Positions 49,650 through 62,450 of a stretch of DNA of 64,000 bases are shown piece after piece. The notes beneath the pieces were generated by a model that was not told the DNA's origin, ran no database searches, and saw nothing but the letters and a program-made list of their open reading frames with translations. This DNA is from Lama glama (lineage: Eukaryota), in the NCBI GenBank assembly GCA_028534125.1, contig CM052816.1, positions 74,340,001 to 74,404,000 on the forward strand, written 5' to 3'. The position numbers and the translations under genes are program-made. The first letter of the stretch is position 1; every line of letters starts with the position of its first letter.

Positions 49650-50863
49650 CTGAATCAGGTTTAAAAATTCTCATAGGCCATTCTTACAGGTCTTTTTTTT
49701 TTTTGCAAAATCCTCCGTTATAATTTATTCTTTTGTGTTTAGTGTGGCCTCATTGTGGACTAAAAATAAACTGTGAGATTGTGTTCTGGTGTGGGGAGAG
49801 AAATAGATACAATGAAAATAAAGAGCAAGAAGAGTTTTGTATACCAAACAACAAACTTGGGTTAAACCAGTGAGGGGCCAGGATGATAAACAAATACACA
49901 CTCCCAGGCCATGGATTAGAAGTTGATGGTCAATCTTGAAACACAGCGTATTGTATCTTTAGTTGTCCATCTAGCCCTCTCTGTGGTTTGTGGGTACCCT
50001 TGACCAGAAGGCAGTAACAACAGCAAAGAGCCTCAAAAGTCAACATCAGTTCCCTTTTGCTCATTGATTATACAGTCTTCCACATGGTGCCTCATCAAGC
50101 ACCCCAGGGAGATCAAACTTTAAAGGACAGGAAAGGTAAGTTAACTAAGTAGGTAAATCCTGACAACATAAGGTAAAGTGGGAGTCAAACTGAAGTGATG
50201 AAAGAATGACGGACAGGGAGATTGGGAGAATCTAGAAAAAAAATTTAAAGGACAAATATATTGTCAAAATATCAATGTCTTTGAGATTCTGACATCTGAT
50301 TAAGCAACCAACTGAAAAGGCTTTGGACCCAAGAACTTCAGCCTTTGGGATGCCCTATTGAAAGTCCCTTAAAAAAAATCTGGTTTGTCTGCCTCTGTGA
50401 TATATATTTAAAATTTATTAGCAACAACTTTGTCTCTTTTATTTCAAATAAAGAAAAATAAATTTCCAATTGGTTCACTGGGGTTCCACAATTTCTGCTG
50501 AGGAGAGAATAATGTTAAGGATAAGGAATACTCTCCCCACTGCTGGAACAGTAGACTCAGCTGGAAATGCAGGTAACCCCTGAGTTATCCGTCTTCGCTC
50601 TCAGAGGAAACAATACCTCTCTGGAAACCAGGACATTTTGAACGACTGAAGAGTCCCACCTTGAGGCCAAGTGCTGAAGGGCAGAGCAGATAACAGTTGT
50701 ACAGGGCCTGAGCGTTGCATGTGATGAGGAATGAGTGTGTGTGAAGCCCTCTCACAGGATTGTGTCTAATCCTGAAACTTATCTCACTCTGATGACAAGT
50801 AGGCAAAGTATGGCCTAGAGTAAAGGATGCATCCTCAAATTTAGCAGAGGCTTAAACACTTAC

Positions 50864-50991
50864 TTCTAGCTGTAGTTTGATTATTTCACTTTGTTTTTCC
50901 TTTTCTTGAGTTCTTAACTTTGCATTTAACTCTGATATTTCCACCTCCTTTTTCTCTATCAGTTCTTTATTCTTTTCTTCACTTAATTCAG
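50864..50991 (-). CDS. CCDC152: CCDC152 internal exon
   Basis: tttattcag|(A)ELSEEKNKELIEKKEVEISELNAKLRTQEKEKQSEIIKLQLE|gtaagt. 128 nt, phase 1/0. Confidence 0.92.
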
Positions 50992-53608
50992 CTGAATAAA
51001 AAAATAAATTCATTTTAACATTTCAAAAATCTTACAGACTTATGTTTTTTAATATTTTAAACAATCTACAAGACAGTGCATTTTATTAATAAAACATGTA
51101 TTTTAGAAACTTTACACACAGGGTAGCTTTTATGTATTTTTTGACAAGCTCCTGGAACATGCTTGAAACACAAAGGTCACCCATTGAATGCTTTTGAATG
51201 AATAAACTAATTTGTACTCAAACATCTAGAGAATAATATTCTTTAAATGCCTAGAAAATAAATAGGATATTTAATGGTTAAAGAAGGACACAGAGCCTGC
51301 ACTTCTAGGTACAGAGGGCCTCAAATTACTAGATAACTCCTAACTTCTTAATACAATATTTAAATAATTGATTTTTAACATTTTCCAATATTTGTATATA
51401 AGGTTATAAATTTACCCATAAATATAGCCTTATTTGTGCCTCACAAGTTTTGATATGTAATGTTTTCTGTGTAATTAAGTTCAAAATTCTTTCTTTGGGA
51501 TTTCTACTTTGATCAATAATTTTTAAACATACAGGCATTTTCCAATTATCTGTATTTTACCAACTTTATCTTAATTGCAGTGTGGTCAAAGAACTTAGTC
51601 TATAATTTCAGACCTTTGAAATTATGTTGAGATTTGCCTTTTTCAAAATATAGTCAATTTTCTTGAATGATTCATGAACTCTTAAAAATAATGTGCATTC
51701 TGCATTCATTTATAGGGTATAATGGTTTATTTATATCAAATAGTACCAGTTTGTTAATTTTGTTGTTTAAAAGTCTGTGTTATTAGTGATTTTGTTTGCG
51801 CATACTTTTTTTTCCACGATAAAAATACATATTAATTTTTTTCAGTATGATTGTAGGTTTGTCTGTTTCTCCTACTAGTTCTGCCAATTTTGCTTCATAT
51901 ATTTAAAGCTCTGTTATTTGGTACATATAAATTTAGAATTGTTGTTGTATCTACCTGGTGAATTGAACATTTTATCATTACTGAAATTCCATCTTTATCT
52001 TTAGCGTTGCTTCTTGAACTGAAGTATACTTTGCTCCACATTAGTATAGTTATGCCAGCTTTGTGTTGGTTATCATTTGCATGGTGTATCCTTTTCCATC
52101 TTTTAAATTTTTCTGTATCTTTATATTTTAGATTTTTTTTTGTAAGTAGCTTATTATAAGATTTTAATTTTTATCCATTATGACAATCTTTTAATTGGAA
52201 CATTTAGTCATTACATTTAATGCATTTATTAATATATTTGGGGTTAAGTCTACCAGTTTATTATTTACTTATTTTTTCATTCTATTCCATTTTCCCTGTC
52301 TTTTTCTTGCCTTAATTTGGACCGCATATCTATTTTTATTCTTTTTTCTTTTCATTACCTTGATAGTTATTAGTTTGATAAATATTCCCTTATTCTTTCT
52401 TTAATGATTACCTTACTGATTAAACATGCATACTTGACTTGTTAGAATGTAATAAAACTAATACTTTTACCACTTTACAGACATAATGAAAATCCTACAT
52501 TTTAACTCCATTTAGTCTTCCTATCTTTGATGGCTTTGTGTTATGTTAACTTAATTACATTAGGACTACATTTCTCAGAACCTGTATGGTTCCAGGTTAG
52601 AGCTGGCTGTTAAGAGAAATCTGCATAAGATTTGAGAAGTAGAAGTAAAGCAGCAACGAATTTGTTGTGAAGGTCAGTGTGAGATGTTAGGTAATGTTGC
52701 GAGCTCACATATGCTGGCCTTCTGGCTCACCAAACCAGGAGCTATTATTTTCTGTTCTGAAGATCCTTGTGCATAGTGAGACATGAGACAATGTTGCAGT
52801 TCACATAAGTTGTCACTGATCACTGTATCATCTTATTGATATAGAGAAGCATTTAATTTCACAGCTTCTTCAGCTCCCACCAGATTCCCTCATTTCTTCA
52901 TCAAAAATCCCCATCAAGTCCTATTATTCATTGATTATATTAATCACAATAATAAATTCCATATTTGATAATACCATTATTTGGTTCATAATTGGATTTG
53001 TATTTATTTTCTTTTAAAATTTTTATAGTTGACCTTGTTTAGGCTATTTTATTTTTAAAGTCATGTTTACCCAGGTATAATCTATATACACCAAAATCTC
53101 ATCTGAGGTATACAGTTAGATGAGTTCTGACAAACATATACAATCATCTAACTGTATACAATCACTTAACCATCACCACAAGCAAGGAATAGAATTTTTT
53201 CAGCATCTCCAAGAGCCCTTAGGCCCTTTCCACATCAGTTCCTAACCCCATGCACTGGAAAATATTTATCTGATTTTTGTCATAATTTTTCCTTTTCTTG
53301 AATGTCATATAATCAGAATTAAATAGTATGTGGCCTTTTGGGTCTGGCTTCTTTTAATACAATGCTTTTGAAATGATCACATTGTTCATGTATCTGTTTC
53401 TTTTTATTGCTGAGTGATTTACTATTCTTATACATGTATCATGCTTTGTTTATTAACCAGTTAATGGATTTGCTTGATTCCAGTTTGGGACCATTATGAA
53501 TAAAGTTGCAATAAACCTACATGTGCAGCTCTCTGTGTAGATGTATGTTTTCATTTCTCTTGAACAAATACCCAGGAGTGGGATTGCTGGGTCATATGGT
53601 ATGTGTTA

Positions 53609-56489
53609 TGAGGTGGTCATGAAAAGAAAACTCTCAGATCTCTGACTGCAGAGAGCCTAACTGACCAGTGTGTCCAGCTGCTGCACACTGAAATTCATTA
53701 CTGCTTTGGAGATGATGCCTTGCTTCCATGGGCTACAACCAGTCTATGACAGGGTGGGGCTGGAATACTGAGGAGGACCGCATGTCCTGGGACACGTGGA
53801 ACTCTTCACAGGACAATTTGTATCAAGGCTAATCACTAGTTGTGCTTAAATTTTCTTAGAACTGCATTGCAGTCTAAGGTTTTTCTACCCAACCTTCTTT
53901 CCTTGCCTTCACAGGTGTTGGACTTGCATGCGGGGTGAAGGTTAACCCAGCTTTCTCTGGCTTCCTTACCATTTCCCTTCATAAGCATTTTGTCCAATAA
54001 ATTTCTTGAATGTCTACTCCCATCTGGTGTCTCTATAGAGGACATGAACTAGCACAAGAAAACAGATATGATTGGGGCACTTCCCATTTTGTGAGAAATA
54101 AGGACACCATCCTTAGTATGTGGATTACTGGTAGTTCCTAGTACACAGTGGGGGTCTGATTGCTAAAGATTTTATCAGAAGTAATCTGGGGGAAATGTTC
54201 TGGTGGAGGTGAATGCTTTGCAGGTACAATAATTCAGGCATTTGAAAGATAGAGGGAAACAACACCCACAAAGACAGTAGAGTTGGTTTAGTTACTGCTA
54301 AATTAAACTGACGTTCTACTGAGGAATAATGAGAAACTGAGAACTGTTAACAAGAAGTTACAGATTTAAAGAATGGGTGTGAGAGCCAGGGGGACTTTTG
54401 GTAGCTTACAAACAGGCTCTTACCAACTCTAGTGGAAGAGCAGATACAGCTGAGCAACAGAGAATCTAATCGTTAAAGTTGCAGAACTCCAGAGATGTTT
54501 AAATGCTCAGCCAAAACAGGTCTGCTATTCTAAAATCAGGGTCCTGCCTGGGAATGCCTAAGATCCTGAAAAATAGGACAGGAACATCTGGATAAATGCT
54601 TGTGAGGATGCTGGCTTTGACAACTCTCCCTAAATGCTCAAAATTTGCAGAGGGGACCTACTCTTTTCTAGTAAGAGCTAGTACTTACCCTGTGATAAAA
54701 GATGCTACAGAGGCTCCTCTCAGAAGCTGTCACTACCTCCTCTTGGGCTGCTAGGCTTATAATTAGGGTTAAATCCCTGGGTTAATCCTGGCTGGGGGAG
54801 TGCTGGGGCTGATAAGGGGGGAAGTTATAATACCCCAAGGAGCTGCATGTAGCAGCCAGGTTGTACTGGAAACAGCCATGTGGATACCCTTAAGAATGGA
54901 CTTTGAGGGTGTTGGATGAAAGAAGACTGAAAGTAAGACTAGGTAAGCAAGAATTCATTGCCTTGAAGATACACTCTAGGGAAAGGGGACATAACACCCT
55001 CACAAAGACCCAGGAGATGAAACAAACTGTTAGAGTGGACCTAGACCTCTAGAGAAAGCAATGGCCAAAGGTGAGTGAAGTGGGAACACCTGAGAAGCCC
55101 TGGCAGCTAATAGAGAAAGGCGTAAGGAGGCTCTGGAAATTTAGCATGTTTGAGCAGATATATTACATGAGGCAAGAAAATGCACCAAAAAATTATGCTC
55201 CCTAGGAGGGCTCAGAAGACACTTGTCAGCAGCCTTAAGTAGGCCGTGGGGCCCAGGCCAAAGTTCACAATAGCTTGCACCTGGTAAGAGCTAAATGTAC
55301 GCATGCGCCAGTAGCATGACTAAGCATTATGAACACTACGCATGCTCCACTAACATTATAAAAGGACAAGTGCGTACACCTGAGGCATGTGCGCCACCCG
55401 CTTGTACTGCAGTAAAGTACTGTTTGCTCCATGTCGGCTCCTCGCGCATTATGTCAGCTCCTCGCGCCTTCTTCCAGCTGGGCAGCTCACCTCCTCAAAT
55501 CCCTCTTCAGCCTCCCTCGGCTGACAACACTACTAACCAAAGCCACCAGGAGTGTGCTGGTAGAGGCAAACCAGTACCAGCAAGCTAGGGCTGACAAGAG
55601 GTACTTACAAAGTTGGGCTCATTAATATCCTGGGGATGGTGCCCCACCCCCACCAAGTTATAGACGCCAGGTGATGGTGCTTAACTGCCAAAAGCCCTCG
55701 GGCCACAATTATCAGAAGACCAGGAAAGTCAGAGCACAGCCAAAGGGGCTTAACTTTCGAGAGTTGCAGAGATAATAGGTTAGCAGCCAATGTTGCTTAA
55801 CACCTACTACAAAAAAATCAAGAATGGAGGAATAGAAGGCTGAGGGTACATTATTACCCTTCACTCAGTTCCCAAACCTGAACCAAGTTTTTGGTCTAGA
55901 GCCTGTTGGCTGAAAATATATGATTAGGTCCCTAGGAGGCAGAACACTTCAACAATCCCTCTTCTGTGTTTCTCCTGAGGAAGAAACATCCACAGGAACC
56001 ATGGGGAACTTGCTACCTGAACTCATATGGAGAAGAAGGTAAGTGAAGTATAAACAGTGGACTGTTGTGGCCATGAAAATGCATCTTTCAGATCTCCAAC
56101 TTCAGGGAACATAATTGACTCACTGTCTTTATGACCATGTTTAAGCTGAGGTCATGATTTCCAAGAGCTGCTCGTAGCCAATGACAGGACCTGGCAGTAA
56201 TACTAAGGTAGTCTTATTCCTGAGGGTTGCAGAAGTCAGTTGATGGCCAAATTTGGCTCACATTTGCTTAAACCTTCTTATAAATGTGTCACAGTCTAAG
56301 ATTTCTGCCCAACACACCTTGCTTTGTTCTCTTCTTCACAGAGATTAGACCTGTATCATAGGCTGGCAGTTTACCTAGTCTCTCCCATTTCCCTCCCTAT
56401 GTACCCTCACAAATGTTTTCTTTAACAAATCCCTTGAATGTCTAATTCTGTATAAGCATCTGCTTCTCAGAGGACCCAAAGAAATTACA
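53609..56489 (+). mobile_element. Degenerate ERVL-type provirus remnant with two LTR16-like LTRs (about 53609-54056 and 56063-56489)
   Basis: Two diverged direct repeats (gtggtcatgaaaa..tcagatctc / gtggccatgaaaa..tcagatctc; cagtctaag; cttgaatgtcta; agaggac) flank a decayed internal region with no long ORF. Confidence 0.7.
55224..55526 (+). mobile_element. Young 303-bp solo LTR nested in the old ERV
   Basis: TGTCAGC...GCTGACA inverted termini, perfect 5-bp TSD acact (55219-55223 and 55527-55531), TATAAAA 55357-55363, AGTAAA 55411-55416, many intact CpGs. Confidence 0.85.
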
Positions 56490-57477
56490 AAACCCTTTTC
56501 TAAAGTGACTGCATAATTTTTAGTCCCGTCAGTAATGTATGAAAATTCCAATTGCTCCATACCCTCACCAACACTTAGTATTGATAGTTTTTAAAGATTT
56601 TAGCAGTTTTCAAAGGTGCAAAGTGATATCTCATTGCAGTTTTAATTTGTAGTTCCCTACTAACCACTTATGTTGAACATGTTTTCATGTGCTTATTTTC
56701 CATCTGTAGATCTCTGGGGAAGAGTCCAAATGTTTTGCCCATTTCTTTATTGGATTGACTTCTTATTATTGAGTTGTAAGAGTTCTTCATTGATTTTGGA
56801 TATGAGCCTTTTATCAGCTATGCATTTATTAGTATTATCTCCTGGTCTGTGGCCTGTCTTTTCACTTTAACAGTGTTGAAGGACAGAAGTTAATAATTTT
56901 GATGAAATTCAGTGTAGAATTTTTTCCTTTATTGTTTGTTTTTTGTTTCTTTCTAAGAAGTTGTATCTATCTCAAGGTCACAAAGATTATCTTCTATGAT
57001 TTCTTCTAGCAGTTTTATAGATGTAGGTTTACATTCAGACCTATCATCTATCTCAAGTTAATTTTTGTATAAAGTGTGCATCTAGGCTCATTAGGAAAGG
57101 TTTTTAATACCTTTATGAAACCAGTTAACATAAGTTCATGAGACCTACTTCCCTGAAGGGAGAATTTCATTAGTGAATCATATTCAATATGCTGAGTATA
57201 TAAATACCAAAGTTATTAATGATACAGTTCATATTAATTTTACAAGGATATTAACTGTTTCACATTAAATAATATTAAGTGCAAACTCCATGAATCCAAC
57301 TTATAAATATTAGAATTTATATCACATAAATTTATAGAAAGGTACAAAACCTAAATTCAAGTGTGTCATGGCAATGTTTATTCATGAATACTGGCAATTA
57401 CTGAAAAAAGTTTATATATGCATGTAAATTATTTTATGATATCTTAGAATTCAGTAAGTTAAAAATAAAAAGCTTAC

Positions 57478-57580
57478 CTTTTTTCTGCATATCTTGATAA
57501 AGTTTTGCTATTTCTATCTTATATCCCTCCTCTTTGATTTTCATTTCACTCATAAGTTTGGTAATATTATTCTTATATTC
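57478..57580 (-). CDS. CCDC152: CCDC152 internal exon
   Basis: tctttag|EYKNNITKLMSEMKIKEEGYKIEIAKLYQDMQKK+G|gtaagc. 103 nt, phase 0/1. Confidence 0.92.
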
Positions 57581-60500
57581 CTAAAGATTAAAAGATATAT
57601 TCATTCTTCAATTTAAATGTGTATACATGACTTTTATTAGAGAAATGAAATTTTCAAAGGTTATATTAATTTTTGATATGTACTCATATATAGAGAGGAA
57701 AGATAGTGTTCATTGTTTGAATGATCAGCTTTGAGAAGGGCTAATTTCTGGTTCAAGTAGATAGAGACCATCTAGAGACAATGGTTTTTTAAATCTTTGC
57801 CTCCTGAACACTCAACACTATGTCATAGCATATCATAGATACTCAAAATATTTTGTTTAATTGTATGAATAAATGCTATGACAGCATTAAAACATGTCAA
57901 AAAAAAAAAAAAGCCGAAACTATACTTCAGAGCCAATTTTAGTTACTGTTTGATAGCCAGCAAGCTTACCCTAATGTAGGATGAATTCCTTTGAATCACT
58001 CTTTTTGAAAATTATATAAATATCCCTGATTCCCAGAAGGTTAAGCACTACCCATGGTAAGAGTTAGCTTTATGAGAAGGAAGCTAAGGAAGGATGGATT
58101 TGGGATTTGAGACTTGCTTAACAGCTGCCTGAGATGAGTTTCTTAGGTTGCTGAATCATAGAGGTGATTTATTACACTAATATGGAGAGGGCATTGAGAG
58201 AGGCGTTGAAAGAGAAATGCTCCAAAGATAAAACTTGTAATTTTTCCAGAGGAGTGTTTCTACATAGAGAAACCACTCACAGAACTAAGATGTAGGTAGG
58301 AGAAAAGGAAAGCAGGAAGAATAAAAGTGAAGTAGGAGAGTAGGAAAAAAGAGACAATGATGAAGGCAAGAGGTCCAGAAAATCTTCTGAACACTGTAAA
58401 AGCAGGGACTTTGTTTTTACTCACTATTGTATTCCTAACTCTTAGTGTGTATCTCTTGATATATATTTTTTGAATGAATGAGAGTGCCAATAAGAATTAT
58501 ACAAATCAAACGTTCTTAGCCTAAACCCAGTGAATGAGTTTTCCAGTGTCCATTAAACTCCCGAATGTTGTATGCAACATTATATACACACACACACATG
58601 TGTGAGCATGTGTGTGTGCTTTTGAGCATTTTTCTGAGAGAGTTCACAGCTTTTAATATATATTTAGTATATTCAGGTATTGAAGAGTTAAAAAAAATCA
58701 AGATTCACTGGTTTAGGCAGCTATAATGAAAAATAAAGGTCCATTCCTCTAGATTATCATAAATTCAAAGGGAGATAGTCAGGATTCCCACTTGTGCTAT
58801 TTATTTTGCCAGGAAACTTGCAGGAATAGCTGAAACTATCCAACAATTGCCGTTGATTAAAACTGGGCAGGTAACTAAAGAGGGTGAATTTCATAAATTG
58901 CTATTTTTCATACACATGTATCTAGATTTCTAGATGGGAAACTGCAGAGTGACTTTCATAAACTACTCCTGATTCAGATGGGTTCACAAAGCCGTTGCTG
59001 CTCTGGGAAACCACAAGAGACAAATCTATGTATCTTTTTGCTCCCCAATGACTTTGCCACTTGAAGATGCCACCACTAAAGTGGAATGTTTCCATTAACT
59101 TGGTAGGACCCAGGATTTTCACCCCAGCCTCCAGGCATGAAGGCTATCCTAAATGTCTGAGCTGGGTCCAGGATGTATCTCACTAGATCCTTCTCCCCAC
59201 AGTTTAGCCTGTGCCAGCCCCTAGGAGTCCAATCCTTTCATTCTAAGGGGACAAGGTCCCAACAAGTTATTCTTGGTTGCCTTCTTTTCATTTGCCTTCT
59301 GGGAATTTTAAATTCTAAGGGACAGCATTGATTATATTTTTGTTTCTATAAAACTTAAGAATTCTTTGTATACAAGTTACAAAACTTCTCCCAGGCCCAT
59401 ATATACAGCCATTAAGTAACTCCTAAGTTTGTTTTTAGGGAGTGGTTCTTCATTTATTTTGGACGTACATGGAGGGTTTGTACTAGAGAATTTTCATTGG
59501 ATTGAGATAATCTTTAGTTTGCTTTGGACAGCAGTTACTTGAGAAGTTCAGAATCTTGGGTTACGGTATTTTTAATTTCCATCCCTCTGAAAATTCTTAC
59601 ATTCTAGACAAAGCAGTATTCTATAGCTTGACATTTTAGAAGAGAAAGGAGGCAAAAATTTCCCCTTTCTTTCTGTCCCAATTATACCCTGACTTCACCA
59701 TCTACTATTAAACTCTAGAAGCAAGATATGAAAAGGATGGAAAAATAAAGGAAGCAGATAAAGTAAAGGAAAAATAAAGGATGGGCTATAATCCAGAGAC
59801 ATTTAAATTATCTCAGAATTGGTGAAGAGAAGCTAAATTTTCTGAAAGCACAGTCAGATGCTATTCATTACTCCTGAGTATTACCCAGAAGCCCTGGCAG
59901 GGTTACAGAATTAAATTGTGTTTCTTCAGAGGCTCCTCTAGTGAAGAACCAGACTGAATTTAGAGATAATCCTTCAAGCTGAAGTTCTAAGCTGAATACA
60001 GATCCAAGATGAGTTTTGGATGTCTTAGGTCTGTCAGAGTTTGACATATTGGCTCTTGGGAGGTGAGAAAAATTAGCATAATAAACCTCCCAAAGGGCAG
60101 AGGGATGGGAACTTACATTTATTGAGTACCTTTTATGTTCTAGGCACTATGTTTTATGTTCTATAATTGCCATCACTACACTGTTCTTACAGAAGAAAAG
60201 GAAAAAGTAGCAGAGGGTATGTTGGCCCTTGGGAGAAAATTAATTGGTGATCCACATAAAATGCTCTCTTCATTTGGATGGTGCAATGAAATTGCAATAG
60301 ATTACTCAAATCATAAAAATTGAAGACTCATTCACTTTATTGTAAAAAAAATTTAAGTGCTAATTAATAGAGTATACACTACAGTGAAAACTCTATTAAC
60401 ATAATTCAAAAATACGTAGCAAAATAGTGGCATCCCTTTTTGTTGGAAAGAAAAGGTAATGCAAGCGATATATTAGTGTATTATAGTCTGCAAAACGCCT

Positions 60501-60684
60501 AGGATCCTCAAAACTTGTATTTTCTAAAAAAAATTTATTTCTAAAAATTCTGGCACCCCCCCATATATATTTACTCTAAAAATGTTGGCTGTCTTTATTA
60601 ATGGAAAAAGTACTTTTTTTTTCTAATTTGAGAAGACAAATGCTCCACAAGGAATTGATTGAATATAAAGACCCATAAACTCAC

Positions 60685-60749
60685 CTTTTCTTGAGATTTT
60701 AACTTTTCTTTCATAAGATCAGCATTTCTTTTTAGTTGTTCATTTTCAC
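60685..60749 (-). CDS. CCDC152: CCDC152 internal exon (most 5' exon I could find in the window)
   Basis: ttttacacag|(G)ENEQLKRNADLMKEKLKSQEK|gtgagt. 65 nt, phase 1/0, in frame with the next exon. Confidence 0.88.
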
Positions 60750-60831
60750 CTGTGTAAAAATCATCAAAGAGCATCCCAATATATAGTGCATTTTAATTAA
60801 TATGGCAATATGTTTAACATTCCAAGTTCCC

Positions 60832-62450
60832 ATTCATGTAAGTATTCAACACATGCAACAGCATCTACTACACACCAGGCTCTGTGCGTGACATTCAGAA
60901 TGCTGAAATAAAAAAAAATTATTGCTCTTCAAAGAACTTACAGCCTAGTGGTGAGACAGATGTGTGAGTTATGATACGCTATGATAATTCCTTAGTAATG
61001 GCAGTGTGTCTGAAATATGGTGGGAGCTATGAAGGAAAAGCTTAGGTCAACTTGAAGTCAGGAAGGTTTTATAGAAGAGGAACCACTTGAGTTGAGACTT
61101 AAATAAGTTGGAGGAATGCATTCCAGATATAAAAAACTGCACAGAAGACTGGGCTTGAGAGAATATAGCACATTTCAGAAAATTGCAATTCAAGCTCAGT
61201 AATGTTGGAGTGTAAACTGTGATGAGAATGTGTTAAATAGGTTGGGGACATACCTTAATAGGAGGTATATATATTCTATGTGGATGACTTTGAATTTTGT
61301 TTTATAGGTTACAGAGTCACCAAAGAATTTTAACAGTGAAGTGAAATGATTACTTATATGTTAAAAATATTATCTGTCAGTGTAGAGGATGAATGGGAGG
61401 GTTTTGACCCTAAAGGAATGGATATTAGTAATGATAGATCAAATAAGAAATAACAGGAGCCAAAATTAGGTCAGTAACAATAGAAGACACAAGGAAAATG
61501 AAGATAACTATTTAGATGATAGAATTACCAGGAGACTTAGTGACTGATTGGATAGCAGAGGCAAAAAAGAAAGGGGAACCTTTGTCTTCTAGGTTTCTGA
61601 TTTAGGTAGTTGAAAAATGTTCATCAGTTTGGGAAAAAATTAAAAGGGGAAAACTTTTAGGAGTGAAGTGATGGACCTAGATCTTTATTATGCCAAATTT
61701 GAAATGTCTGCAATGTCTAGGAGAACATTTCTCATAGCCTGAGAAACATTTAGAGGTGGCCAAAGGAAGCCTACCCTATAAAGGAGACTAAGAAATGTCC
61801 AGAGAGGCAGAAGAGGGTGTTACTAAGAAGAGAGGTTAAGGGGTGTTATAATCAATGGCAATAAATGCAATAAAAAGATCAAATGAAATAAATTTGAATC
61901 TGAAAACGTTGGGAGATGCCCAATTGTTCTAAGTTGAATACTAGCTGAAGTTGAGGAACTGGAAATAGTAAATGCAGCCTATTTTCTTGAGATTTGATTG
62001 TGAAAGGGAAGAGTGAGGGTAATTGAAAAGGATAAATCCAAAATCAAGGAAACTTCGTCTTCTTGTTTGTTTAAAAGGTGGAAGAGATCCAAGTTGTTTA
62101 AATGTTGAGAGGAAAGAGGGAAATGAAGAGAGAAAAGAAGGTACAATTGAAGATGCATCATCCCAGAATAGAGAAGGGAAGAGAGACAAGACTTAAACCC
62201 AAGTAGAGGAATTAACTCTGGATATGAAGAAGGGTTTTCTTTTTTCTAAGCTAAAGAGGAAGGAAGTAAAGCTATGTCTGGGTATGAATACACTGGAGGA
62301 AGTGCAGTGGGCCAAAGGGGTTGTAGACGACAAGAAATGAGATAGTTTATGTCTGACAGCTTTTATTTTTTCCATGAACTAGAAAGCAAAGTTGGTTGAA
62401 AGAGAAAGAAACATTTAAAGTTAGAGATTAAAGAGTGAACATTTGAAAAG
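60832..62450 (-). mobile_element. Degenerate L2 LINE
   Basis: cattca...ctactacacaccaggctctgtgc...aagaacttacagcctagtgg, followed by long purine-rich L2-like sequence. Confidence 0.5.

Larger units (their letters stand above)
51370..57085 (-). mobile_element. Old LINE-1 fragments (about 51370-53600 and 56490-57085) interrupted by LTR elements
   Basis: T-rich antisense L1 motifs (ccaggagtgggattgctgggtcatatggta; gatatctcattgcagttttaattt; tttgcccattt). Boundaries are approximate. Confidence 0.65.
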
